Part shown: piece by piece, positions 21,959 through 31,134 of the stretch | Layout of the letters: each line of letters starts with the position of its first letter | How positions within the stretch are numbered: position 1 is the stretch's first letter | Origin: Limnobacter sp. | GTDB taxonomy: Bacteria; Pseudomonadota; Gammaproteobacteria; Burkholderiales; Burkholderiaceae_B | Reading direction: 5' to 3' | DNA: 64,000 nt | Assembly (NCBI RefSeq): GCF_046297615.1 | Contig: NZ_JBKBHM010000002.1 | Location: forward strand, 91,437 to 155,436 | Program-made: the position numbers and the translations under genes | The notes under the pieces: generated by a model | What the model was told of the DNA's origin: nothing | Databases searched by the model: none | Seen by the model: only the letters and a program-made list of their open reading frames with translations

Positions 21959-23596
21959 ATGCACGGTTTGATGATGAACATGCCCCTGCTGATTTCGTCC
22001 ATTCTGGACCATGCGGAGCGGCATCACCCCACCATTGAGATTGTTTCACGCCGCACCGAGGGTGATATTCATCGAACGAACTGGGGGCAGGTGGCCAAGC
22101 GCTCCCGCCAGTTGGCCAGTCAGCTTCAGTCTGCGGGTGTGCAGGCCGGTGAGAATATCGCCACTCTGGCCTGGAACGGCTACCGCCACGTCGAAGTTTA
22201 TTACGCGGTTTCGGGCATGGGCGCGGTGGTGCACACCCTGAACCCTCGCCTGTTTCCTGAGCAGTTGGTGTACATCATCAACCATGCCAAAGACACCACG
22301 CTGTTTTTCGATTCTACATTTGCCCCGTTGGTGAAGGCCATTGCGCCGGCCTGCCCAACGGTCAAGCGCTGGATCCAGATGTGTGATGAGCAAGCCATGC
22401 CTGCAGAGCCAGCCGTGGCTGGCTGCCTGAATTACGAACAGTTTCTGGCGGGCGGTTCAGCCGACTACGCATGGCCTGTGCTGGATGAGAACAGTGCCTG
22501 TGGCCTGTGTTACACCTCGGGCACGACAGGTAACCCCAAGGGCGCTTTGTATTCTCACCGCTCCACAGTGCTGCACGCGATGGCAGCCTGTACGCCTGAC
22601 GCCTTGGGCATCAGCAGCCGGGACACCGTGCTGCCGGTCGTGCCGATGTTCCATGTGAACGCCTGGGGCTTGCCCTACATTGGCGCCATGGTGGGTGCAA
22701 AAATGGTGATGCCAGGCGGCGCGCTGGATGGTGCGTCCATCTACACCCTGATGGAAGAAGAGAAGGTGAACATTTCTGCAGGTGTGCCCACGGTGTGGCT
22801 GGGCCTGCTTAACTATGTGCAGCAAAACAAGCTGAAGTTCTCTACTTTCAACCGCACGGTGATTGGTGGGTCAGCTGCACCCCCCGCGATGATTCGAACC
22901 CTCAACGACTTGGGTGTTGAGGTGATTCATGCGTGGGGTATGACCGAGTTGTCCCCATTGGGTACGGTGTGCCGCTTGAAAGCCAAGCATGCCGATTTGC
23001 CCCGTGAGGCGCAGCAAAAGGTTCTCGAAAAGCAGGGTGTGGCTATCTACGGCGTGGACATCAAGATTGTCAATGACGAAGAGGAAGAACTGCCTTGGAA
23101 TGGCGAGGCCTTCGGTGACTTGCTGGTGCGTGGGCACTGGGTGGTTTCCGGGTATTACGGTGGCGATGGTCAAAACGCCTTCAGCCGCGACAAGCAGGGG
23201 CGTTTGTGGTTCCGGACTGGCGATGTGTCCAAGATTGACGCCGACGGTTTCATGCAGATCACAGACCGCAGCAAGGATGTGATCAAGTCCGGAGGCGAGT
23301 GGATCAGCTCCATCGACCTGGAAAACGTGGCGATGTCCCACCCTGCTGTGCATGAGGCGGCTGTGATTTCCGCGCGCCACCCCAAATGGGATGAGCGCCC
23401 GTTGCTGGTGGTTGTGAAAAAGCCTGATGCACAGGTAAGCCGGGAGGATTTGCTGGCCTTCTACCAAGGCAAGGTGGCCAAGTGGAGTATTCCGGATGAT
23501 GTGGCGTTTGTGGATGAATTGCCGCACACCGCCACCGGTAAAATTCAGAAGTTGAAACTGCGTGAGCAGTTCAAGGACCATGTGTTGCCTGCTTAA
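21959..23596 (+). CDS. AMP-dependent acyl-CoA synthetase (fatty-acid--CoA ligase)
   Basis: [14 protein letters not shown]-binding signature, GWFRTGD-like WFRTGD, and a C-terminal GKIQK. Confidence 0.85.
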   Translation: MHGLMMNMPLLISSILDHAERHHPTIEIVSRRTEGDIHRTNWGQVAKRSRQLASQLQSAGVQAGENIATLAWNGYRHVEVYYAVSGMGAVVHTLNPRLFPEQLVYIINHAKDTTLFFDSTFAPLVKAIAPACPTVKRWIQMCDEQAMPAEPAVAGCLNYEQFLAGGSADYAWPVLDENSACGLCYTSGTTGNPKGALYSHRSTVLHAMAACTPDALGISSRDTVLPVVPMFHVNAWGLPYIGAMVGAKMVMPGGALDGASIYTLMEEEKVNISAGVPTVWLGLLNYVQQNKLKFSTFNRTVIGGSAAPPAMIRTLNDLGVEVIHAWGMTELSPLGTVCRLKAKHADLPREAQQKVLEKQGVAIYGVDIKIVNDEEEELPWNGEAFGDLLVRGHWVVSGYYGGDGQNAFSRDKQGRLWFRTGDVSKIDADGFMQITDRSKDVIKSGGEWISSIDLENVAMSHPAVHEAAVISARHPKWDERPLLVVVKKPDAQVSREDLLAFYQGKVAKWSIPDDVAFVDELPHTATGKIQKLKLREQFKDHVLPA

Positions 23597-23693
23597 TGCA
23601 TTCAACACGCAGTTCACCCAATTCGGCCTCGGCTGCCTGATGCAGCCGGGGCGTTTGAATCCGATTAATTAGAAACCATGACGGATTAGTCTC

Positions 23694-23996
23694 GTGATCA
23701 AGCACATTGTTTTTTGGCAGTTGAAGGATGAAGCCGCTGGCAACAGCCGTGAAGTGAACAAGCAGTTGGTGAAAGAAAAGCTCATGACCTGTGCATCCAT
23801 CGTGCCCGGTATTCTTGAGTTTGAAGTGGGTTTGGGCGGTGGCGATTTGGAATGCACCTATGACGTGGTGTTGTATTCCGTGTTTGCCGATAAAGCAGCG
23901 TTGGACGCTTATGCCGTGCATCCAACACACGAGGCCATCAAAGCATTCATTGGCGAAGTTCGCAGCGCCCGCCAGTGTATGGATTACGAAGTCTGA
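23694..23996 (+). CDS. Dabb / stress-responsive alpha-beta barrel domain protein
   Basis: 100 aa. IKHIVFWQLKDE...YDVVLYSVFADKAALDAYAVHPTH is the typical Dabb pattern. Confidence 0.75.
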   Translation: MIKHIVFWQLKDEAAGNSREVNKQLVKEKLMTCASIVPGILEFEVGLGGGDLECTYDVVLYSVFADKAALDAYAVHPTHEAIKAFIGEVRSARQCMDYEV

Positions 23997-24757
23997 AGCG
24001 TCAACTCAAAACGTGCGGTGCTTTGCACCGTGCCATCCGCGGCGTAAGAACGTTCTTGCAGTTCGAGTTGACCGTCGCGTCTGAAACGAACCACCGTGCT
24101 TGACCGTGTGCCGTAGCTCGGCGACACAATCTTGATGCTGGACAGGCGCCGCTCCCATTCCAGCGGAATGCCGGTGGATGGTAAAGCGTCGTCATCGGCC
24201 AAGGTGGTGTCTTCAAGCACTGCGAACAGGTGATCGATCGTGGATGCGTTACCGCTGTGGCCCAGTGCGGCGTCCAGCGCCTGATTCAAGCGCAGCATTT
24301 TTGGCCACGTGCTGTTCAGCGACCCATTGGACAGCACCTGAATGCCCGCTTTCACAGGCTGTGGCGGGGTGTCATCTTGGTTGCTGCTCACCAAACCGTG
24401 TAGTGAATGCAGGTTCAAGGTGAGTAAGTTAAACCCCGAGAATTCCTTGTATCGCGATGCGGGTACGGGCTCATTGTTCAGAGCATCCCACACCAGTTTT
24501 CCTCGGGTGGGTGCGCTGTCTGGCTTGTTCAGCGAGGGGTTGCGCACATTGGTCAGCAAGGCCAGCAGGCCCCTTGAATTCACACCCATCCAGGTGCCGC
24601 CCGATTGTTCGTCCAAGCCCGCGTAAATTTGAAGGCCATGGCTGCCGGCCCAGCGTTGCAGGGGCAGGGTGGGGCGGTGGTGGAATTCATCTCGGTTGGC
24701 CACGCAAACCACCGGGTATTCTTCCTCGGGGCGAATGGCCCATGCGGCTATGCACAT
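23984..24757 (-). CDS. NRDE family protein (TANGO2/DUF833)
   Basis: N-terminal MCIAAW...VANRDEFHHRP contains the name-giving NRDE motif. Confidence 0.75.
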   Translation of the reverse strand: MCIAAWAIRPEEEYPVVCVANRDEFHHRPTLPLQRWAGSHGLQIYAGLDEQSGGTWMGVNSRGLLALLTNVRNPSLNKPDSAPTRGKLVWDALNNEPVPASRYKEFSGFNLLTLNLHSLHGLVSSNQDDTPPQPVKAGIQVLSNGSLNSTWPKMLRLNQALDAALGHSGNASTIDHLFAVLEDTTLADDDALPSTGIPLEWERRLSSIKIVSPSYGTRSSTVVRFRRDGQLELQERSYAADGTVQSTARFELTLQTS

Positions 24758-25062
24758 GCCTGAAACACCTCGACGTGGCGGGCGGGTCGACTTTCCGGTG
24801 CGGGCCAGTGCTGCAGGAAGACTTCCGCGGTCAGGTTGCTGAGTTCATCCAAAAAAGGCTTCACCTCGGTGCCATCGGGCAGGCTGTAGGTTTCCATCAA
24901 GGTCAGCATACCCGGTGTGTTGTCCAGCCTTTCGCAGAGTTGGCAGTCAGGGGCATTCGCAGAACTCAGGCGCAGGGCATCGAACAGGGCCTTGCTGGCG
25001 TTTTTTGCCATTTGGCTTTCTGCCCCATGCACCTTGAAGTACACGTACACCTGAATACCCAC
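24748..25062 (-). CDS. Small conserved hypothetical protein (DUF4936-like)
   Basis: About 100 aa, with a VYVYFKV... start and a ...LMETY segment. I recall this pattern for DUF4936 next to ygfZ in Burkholderiales, but that is not verified. Confidence 0.5.
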   Translation of the reverse strand: MGIQVYVYFKVHGAESQMAKNASKALFDALRLSSANAPDCQLCERLDNTPGMLTLMETYSLPDGTEVKPFLDELSNLTAEVFLQHWPAPESRPARHVEVFQACA

Positions 25063-25073
25063 TGGTTTACCCC

Positions 25074-25994
25074 TTATTGGCCTTCGAACAGATTGCCCTT
25101 GGCCTGTACATCGTAATGCATGCCTAACACCGTCAGCGGTACCGACTCTTGCTCGCCTCGAACTTCAAACCGCGCCTCGCGGGCGGTGGCCTCATCCAAG
25201 GGCAATTCCACCAACAGTTCAGACTGGGCGCCTGCAAACACGGCTGTGACGACTTGCCCGACGGGTTCGTTGTCTTTGCCCACCAACCACACATCAGCAC
25301 CCGCAGGCACGGCGCTTGGCGCCTGTGCGCGAAGGCTGCGGCGTTTCACCTTGCCCAGGTAATGGCTTCGGGCAACCACCTCTTGGCCTGGGTAGCACCC
25401 TTTGCTGAACGACACGCCACCCACCAAATCCCAGTTCACTGCTTGGGGTACAAACAGTTCCACGGTGGCCTGGCTGACGTAGGCCAAACCCAATTCATTC
25501 AAGGCTTGCTCAAAGGCGTCATCCGCGTAAGGCCCTTGTACAGCGGCATTTGCTGCCGATTTTCGGGCGCGAATCACTGGCACCGATCCAGTGCTTTGTG
25601 GCCGCAGGTGCATGACTACAGAGCCGTCTTCCGACCAAGTCGCACCCATCGGTTGAAGGCCCGATTCGGCTGCTGATTCTCGGCAAAACTCAAGGCTGAA
25701 TTCCGTACTGGCGTCTCGAACCTTGCACTTGCTGCGCAACACAAACATGGACAACCGCTTGACCAAAGCGGGCAACACGTCGGCGCGGGTGAACAGCAGC
25801 ACAGTCTCGCCCTGACGCACTGCGAAGAAGGTGCCTAACAGGCGGCCCTTGGCCGTGCATAACCCAGCCAAGCGAACTTGATTGGCCTGAAGATTCACAA
25901 TGTCATTGGTCAGTTGGGCGTGCAGGAACTGGGCGGCGTCTGGGCCCTCCACTGCGATGGTGCCCCAACGGTGCAATAGACCGATTTGATCCAT
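25074..25994 (-). CDS. ygfZ: Folate-binding Fe-S cluster repair / tRNA-modifying protein YgfZ
   Basis: KGCYPGQEVVARSHYLGKVKRR signature. The N-terminal half is aminomethyltransferase-like. Confidence 0.8.
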   Translation of the reverse strand: MDQIGLLHRWGTIAVEGPDAAQFLHAQLTNDIVNLQANQVRLAGLCTAKGRLLGTFFAVRQGETVLLFTRADVLPALVKRLSMFVLRSKCKVRDASTEFSLEFCRESAAESGLQPMGATWSEDGSVVMHLRPQSTGSVPVIRARKSAANAAVQGPYADDAFEQALNELGLAYVSQATVELFVPQAVNWDLVGGVSFSKGCYPGQEVVARSHYLGKVKRRSLRAQAPSAVPAGADVWLVGKDNEPVGQVVTAVFAGAQSELLVELPLDEATAREARFEVRGEQESVPLTVLGMHYDVQAKGNLFEGQ

Positions 25995-26138
25995 GTCTTG
26001 ATCCTTCAAATAAACAGGGGTGCTGCGCCAAACCAAGGCCTTGATTCAGGGTTCGCGTCAAGGCAGGTCTGGTCAATCCCGTTATCATAGGTCCTTCCGG
26101 CAATCGGTGACACGGACAACAGGCCGCTGGCCTGAAAT

Positions 26139-27221
26139 TTGACATGCATCACCGGCCCATTCATTTGCAGAGAGACCACACCGGTGGCCAAAAAACGTTC
26201 CAAAGTGCGCCAAAACAACCGTGCCATTCAAACCCTGTCCAGACGGATGCTGCGCTACGCCGCCCTGGCTGTGCTGTTCACGGGCTTGGCGGTCTGGGGC
26301 TGGTTGACATTGCCACTGGACCGCAGCCCCGGCGACTTGGATGTCCATGTCAGCACCGGCCAAGGCGCGCGCGCGATCGCCGAGGAGTTGCGGGCCCAGG
26401 GTTTGATGGTGAATCCAAACTTGTTCGTGCTGGTGGCCCGCTTCAGTGGCGTGGCCTCGCAACTGAAGGCCGGGCGCTATGAAATTCCGCCGGGGTTGTC
26501 CACGCTTGATTTGGCCAACCTGCTGAGCAAAGGCAGTGCCAAGTTAAGCAGCATTGCATTGGTTGAGGGGTTCAATGCCCGTGAGCTGTTGGCGAAACTG
26601 CGCGCCCATCCCGATTTGGTGGATGACTATGAAGGATTGGACGAGCGCGCCATTGCCCAGCGCTTGAACCTGGAGGGGGGCAGCCTGGAGGGCTGGATAT
26701 ACCCTGACACCTATCGGTTTTCACCGGGTTCAAAGCTGTCGTCCTTTTTGGCCAGAGCCACACGGTTGCAGCAGCAGGTTTTGACGCAGGCCTGGTCACA
26801 ACGCGTGCAGGGGCTTCCGCTGAACAGCCCTTACGAAGCGCTTGTGTTGGCGTCCATTGTTGAAAAAGAAACCGGACGTGCGCAGGACAGGCCCAAAGTG
26901 GCCAGTGTTTTTGTCAACCGCTTAAGGCTGGGCATGATGCTTCAGACAGACCCAACAGTCATTTATGGTGTAGGTCCCGAGTTCGATGGCAACCTCACCC
27001 GCAAGCACTTGCAAACCGACACGCCCTACAACAGCTACACACGCACTGGTTTGCCGCCCACGCCGATAGCCAATCCAGGCAAGGCCGCCTTGTTTGCAAC
27101 CGTTCGGCCCGAGGAAACCCGATACTTGTACTTCGTGGCGAAGGGCGATGGGTCCAGCCATTTCAGCAAAGATTTGAACGAACACAACAACGCAGTGCGT
27201 AAATACCAATTGGGGCGATGA
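26139..27221 (+). CDS. mltG: Endolytic murein transglycosylase MltG (YceG)
   Basis: N-terminal TM helix, and a YceG core with ASIVEKE and DPTVIYG motifs. The start is ambiguous among TTG 26139, GTG 26184 and ATG 26247. Confidence 0.85.
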   Translation: MTCITGPFICRETTPVAKKRSKVRQNNRAIQTLSRRMLRYAALAVLFTGLAVWGWLTLPLDRSPGDLDVHVSTGQGARAIAEELRAQGLMVNPNLFVLVARFSGVASQLKAGRYEIPPGLSTLDLANLLSKGSAKLSSIALVEGFNARELLAKLRAHPDLVDDYEGLDERAIAQRLNLEGGSLEGWIYPDTYRFSPGSKLSSFLARATRLQQQVLTQAWSQRVQGLPLNSPYEALVLASIVEKETGRAQDRPKVASVFVNRLRLGMMLQTDPTVIYGVGPEFDGNLTRKHLQTDTPYNSYTRTGLPPTPIANPGKAALFATVRPEETRYLYFVAKGDGSSHFSKDLNEHNNAVRKYQLGR

Positions 27222-27222
27222 C

Positions 27223-27876
27223 GTGTTGAACAACCAGAACCGTGGGCGTTTGATCAGTTTTGAGGGGGTTGATGGGGCGGGCAAATCCAGCCACATGGCC
27301 CGGGTCAAGGCTCATCTGGAAAGCTTGGGCCTGACTTGTGTGCAAACCCGCGAACCGGGTGGCACCCCCGTGGGAGAGGCCATTCGTGCCCTCGTGCTTC
27401 ATCACGACATGGACATCAACACTGAATTGTTGTTGATGTATGCGGCCCGTCGTCAACACGTGGCCGAACTGATCGAACCTGCTTTGAGCCGAGGTGCCTG
27501 GGTCATTACTGACCGTTTTGAGGACAGCAGTTTTGCCTATCAATCCAGCGCGGGCGGCGCAGTGTGGGAGCAATGCGTGGCGCTGAGCAAATGGGCCCTT
27601 CAGGGCTTTGAGCCTGACCTGACTTTCCTGTTTGACTTACCCGTTGAGGTATCCAAAGCGCGGGTTCAGGCCCGAGGTGCCGATTCAGACAAGTTTGAAG
27701 CCAAGCCAGACGCCTATTTCGAAGATGTGCGCGCCGGTTTCCTGAAGCGGGCGCAGTTGAACCCACGTCGTATCCGCGTGATCAACGCCCAAGAGCCGGA
27801 AGAGCGGGTAGGGGAGCGGGTGCTGGCCGAATTGGATCATTTCATGACCACCCATCAAGTTAAGGCCAAGGCATGA
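27223..27876 (+). CDS. tmk: Thymidylate kinase
   Basis: ISFEGVDGAGKS P-loop, TREPGGT and DRF motifs. Confidence 0.92.
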   Translation: MLNNQNRGRLISFEGVDGAGKSSHMARVKAHLESLGLTCVQTREPGGTPVGEAIRALVLHHDMDINTELLLMYAARRQHVAELIEPALSRGAWVITDRFEDSSFAYQSSAGGAVWEQCVALSKWALQGFEPDLTFLFDLPVEVSKARVQARGADSDKFEAKPDAYFEDVRAGFLKRAQLNPRRIRVINAQEPEERVGERVLAELDHFMTTHQVKAKA

Positions 27877-28865
27877 GTGCGCCATGGCTTGAAAGGGCGG
27901 GCAAGCAACTGGACACGCTGTTGGCCAGTACCACTGCGCCCGTGGTGCTGCATGGGCAACAGGCCTTTGGTTTGTTTGAACTGGCCCAAGAGCGCATTGC
28001 AGCCCTGCTGTGCGAGGCCCGAGTTGGACAGCAGGCCTGCGGCACTTGCCACGCCTGTGCCATGCGTTTGGCCCATCATCACCCCGATTGCCGGGTGTTG
28101 CTGCCCGACGCAGTGGCGCTGGGTATGGGGCTTGAACGGGACATCAAAAGCGGAACCAAACCCAGCCAGGAATTGCGGATTGATGACGTGCGCGAACTGC
28201 AGGGGTTTTTTTCTACCAGCTCAACGCGTGGCCAGGAGCGTTACCTCTTGGTCTACCCATTCGATGCACTGAACCTGAACACCGCCAACGCCTTGCTCAA
28301 AGTGCTTGAAGAACCGCCGCATGGCCTGCGTTTTGTACTGGTTGGGCAACGGATCGAAAACCTGTTGCCCACCATCCGTTCACGTTGCCAGTTGCTGGAT
28401 GCGGCGTTGCCATCAGAGACAGAGCGTGTGAAATGGCTGGAGGGGCAGGGTGTCAGCCAAGCCGATGTGGCCCTAAGCCTGGCTGCGGGTGACCCTTTTT
28501 CAGCCTTGAAGCTTAGCCGCGACGAGCCCGACGCTCTGGCCTTGCGCAAGCAGTGGCTGGAGTGGTTGGCCCAACCACAATCCTTGGGCTCCCTGCCGGC
28601 AGGCCTGGACAAACTGCCCTTGTGGGTGGCGATGGAACTGGCCATGTTGTTGAATCACGATTGCGCTTCGGTCAACCAAGGCGGGAAGGCGATGCATTTC
28701 CCTTGGCTTGCCCCCAAGCTGTTGTGGGCCAAGCAAAGTAACTTGCTTCAACTGTCGCGTGTTTACACCGCGATTCAGGGCGAGTTCAGGCTTGCCCATC
28801 ACCCCATCAACCCCCGATTGGCGCTGGAATTCATTGCCCAGCAATGGCACACTCTGGTCAAGTAA
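27873..28865 (+). CDS. holB: DNA polymerase III delta' subunit
   Basis: CxxCxxC zinc module (CGTCHAC), NALLKVLEEPP, and TIRSRCQ sensor motif. Follows tmk. Confidence 0.85.
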   Translation: MSAPWLERAGKQLDTLLASTTAPVVLHGQQAFGLFELAQERIAALLCEARVGQQACGTCHACAMRLAHHHPDCRVLLPDAVALGMGLERDIKSGTKPSQELRIDDVRELQGFFSTSSTRGQERYLLVYPFDALNLNTANALLKVLEEPPHGLRFVLVGQRIENLLPTIRSRCQLLDAALPSETERVKWLEGQGVSQADVALSLAAGDPFSALKLSRDEPDALALRKQWLEWLAQPQSLGSLPAGLDKLPLWVAMELAMLLNHDCASVNQGGKAMHFPWLAPKLLWAKQSNLLQLSRVYTAIQGEFRLAHHPINPRLALEFIAQQWHTLVK

Positions 28866-28887
28866 ACCGCTTTGAGCGTACCCACAC

Positions 28888-29256
28888 ATGAACTCAACCA
28901 GCACCCCCAAAGAATCTGCGCGCCCGTGGATGTTGTCTCTGAGCTTGACGGACAAAGTCACCGCGGCTCAGCTCTACATGCCGCATGTCAAAGGAGGAGG
29001 GGTTTTTGTTGAAACCGACAAAGCCTATGAACTGGGTGACCCGGTGTTCGTGTTGCTGACCATCGGCGATGAGGGGCGGAAGTTCCCAGTCAATGGACGC
29101 GTCGTCTGGGTGTGCGGCCCCAACGCGCGGGGCGACAAACCCCAGGGGATTGGTGTGCAGTTTCCCAAAGATGACAGCGGTGAAGGCGCAAAACTGGCGA
29201 TTGAACAAATGATTGGTAAAATGCAGGCTTCGCTGAAGAAAACGGCCACCCTGTAG
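28888..29256 (+). CDS. PilZ domain protein
   Basis: 122 aa. GGVFV...VVW...GIGVQF resembles type IV pilus PilZ. The tmk-holB-pilZ synteny is as described for Pseudomonas. Confidence 0.75.
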   Translation: MNSTSTPKESARPWMLSLSLTDKVTAAQLYMPHVKGGGVFVETDKAYELGDPVFVLLTIGDEGRKFPVNGRVVWVCGPNARGDKPQGIGVQFPKDDSGEGAKLAIEQMIGKMQASLKKTATL

Positions 29257-30029
29257 TGTTTACCGACTCCCATTGCCATCTCGACTTTCCCGGACTGATC
29301 GAACAACTCCCTGACTTGCTTGAGCGCATGCGCCAGGCCAAGGTCACCCGCGCCCTGTGCATCTCGGTCCAACTGGAAGACTTTCCCAAAGTGCATGAAC
29401 TTGCCTTGGCCCATGAATCGTTGTGGGCCACAGCGGGCGTGCACCCCGATTACGAGGACATCGCCGAGCCCACCGAAGAGATTCTTCTGGACTTGGCCAG
29501 CAAACCCAAAGTCATCGGTATTGGTGAAACCGGCTTGGACTATTACCGACTCAAAGGTGATTTGACCTGGCAGCGTAACCGTTTTCGCACCCACATTCGC
29601 GCCGCAAAACGTTGCAATAAGCCATTGATTGTTCACACCCGCAATGCCGGTGAAGACACCTTGGCGATTTTGAAAGAAGAGGGCGCTCAAGCGTGTGGCG
29701 GCATCATTCACTGCTTCACCGAAACGCTGGATTTTGCCAAGGCGGCGCTCGACCTGGGCTTTTACCTGTCCTTCTCTGGCATCGTGACCTTCAAGAACGC
29801 GGCTGACCTGCGCGAAGTGGCGCGTTACACGCCCATGGATCGAATTCTGATTGAAACCGATTCGCCTTACTTGGCCCCGGTGCCTCATCGCGGGAAAACC
29901 AATGAGCCCAGCTTTGTCCCTCATGTGGCCGAGTCGCTGGCCCGGGAAAAGGGCTTGAGTGTGGAAGAAGTCGGTGTTCAAACCACCCAAAACTTCAACA
30001 CACTGTTCCGTTTGGCGCCGCAAGCGTGA
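29256..30029 (+). CDS. TatD family metal-dependent DNase/hydrolase
   Basis: FTDSHCHLDF start. Motifs GETGLDY, VHTR, IETDSPYL. Confidence 0.9.
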   Translation: MFTDSHCHLDFPGLIEQLPDLLERMRQAKVTRALCISVQLEDFPKVHELALAHESLWATAGVHPDYEDIAEPTEEILLDLASKPKVIGIGETGLDYYRLKGDLTWQRNRFRTHIRAAKRCNKPLIVHTRNAGEDTLAILKEEGAQACGGIIHCFTETLDFAKAALDLGFYLSFSGIVTFKNAADLREVARYTPMDRILIETDSPYLAPVPHRGKTNEPSFVPHVAESLAREKGLSVEEVGVQTTQNFNTLFRLAPQA

Positions 30030-30037
30030 TTGCCCTG

Positions 30038-30724
30038 ATGACACGGCCTTTCATTCCAACCTATGTGCTTTGTTCAGCCCTGTGTGTTCTGGCTGCGCCG
30101 GCATGGGCAGGCACTTGGGACGATGTCATTACCTACACCAAGATGGACCAGGCCAACCGTCTGAAACCCTTGTTATTGAGGGGCGTCGACCCCAACACCC
30201 TCGCCGACGATGGCACTCCAATTCTGATGCTGGCCATGCAGAACGAGTCAGTCGAGGTAGTCAACCTGTTGTTGACTGTGGGAAAACTCGACCCCAACTT
30301 GGCTGACCTCAAAGGCGAAACGCCACTGATGTTGGCTGCCAATGCCAATCGGCTGGATTGGGTTCAGGCGCTGCTTAAACGGGGTGCCAACCTTGGAGAA
30401 GACGGCCAGTGGACCGCCTTGCATTACGCGGCCAGCAAAGGCTACCTGAGTGTGGTCGAGGCTTTGTTGATAGGCGGTGCGGCGATTGATATTCGCTCGC
30501 CAAACAGCACCACGCCCATCATGATGGCGGCCCGCAGTGGGCAGGAAGACATGGTTAGGCTGCTGATCAAACGTGGTGCGGACACCAGTGTCGTCAACGA
30601 CGCGGGTTACAACGCGGCTGGCTATGCCTTGAAAGCCCAAAAAAAGGAGTTGGCCTTTGAGATTATGAGGCGTGACCGGGAGCTGCGTCGCCAACGCCTG
30701 CAAACCAACAAAGGCTCTGAATAA
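30038..30724 (+). CDS. Secreted ankyrin-repeat protein
   Basis: Signal peptide ...CVLAAPAWA. Repeated G-TPLM-AA--G-----LL--GA units (ANK repeats). Confidence 0.8.
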   Translation: MTRPFIPTYVLCSALCVLAAPAWAGTWDDVITYTKMDQANRLKPLLLRGVDPNTLADDGTPILMLAMQNESVEVVNLLLTVGKLDPNLADLKGETPLMLAANANRLDWVQALLKRGANLGEDGQWTALHYAASKGYLSVVEALLIGGAAIDIRSPNSTTPIMMAARSGQEDMVRLLIKRGADTSVVNDAGYNAAGYALKAQKKELAFEIMRRDRELRRQRLQTNKGSE

Positions 30725-31134
30725 GCGTCAGGCCAACAGAACCACCAACAGCTCGACTGCGTCCCTGAAATCAAAGAATGCATGCACTGCAGCTTGTGCC
30801 CACTCAGGGTAAACGGCGGACATGCAAAGAAGATAGAACATGAGTTTGTGCACTTGAAACCTCGCGCAGACCATCAGCCTTGAACAGGTTTAACGGCACC
30901 TTGACGTGTCTGCGGGATGACATGAATGGGTGTGGGTACCCTGTTTTCATCTGCCCTCAATAATTCGCATAATTTGTATTATGTAAACTTATATTGGGTA
31001 TAGGCCTAAAGCACCTTTGCATAGCCCTGCGCCTGCCCGGCCCCTTTTGTTCTCACGGTGCCAGTTTTTAATCCACCTTGCCTGCTTCACAAGTACCATA
31101 GCGGTGTGTCATATACCGCGTGTCGTTAATCCCT

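Noticed and set aside
21830-22027. 66-codon N-terminal extension of the SelO ORF
   Set aside because: The extension ([19 protein letters not shown]...) has no SelO counterpart. It would also run into the divergent acyl-CoA synthetase start. An internal TTG at 21829 fits the family N-terminus.
30725-31134. AT-rich 400-bp gap before the S8 peptidase, considered as an island boundary or att site
   Set aside because: I could find no flanking direct repeat, tRNA or integrase. It most likely holds only the peptidase promoter and leader, and it is mentioned under the peptidase finding instead.
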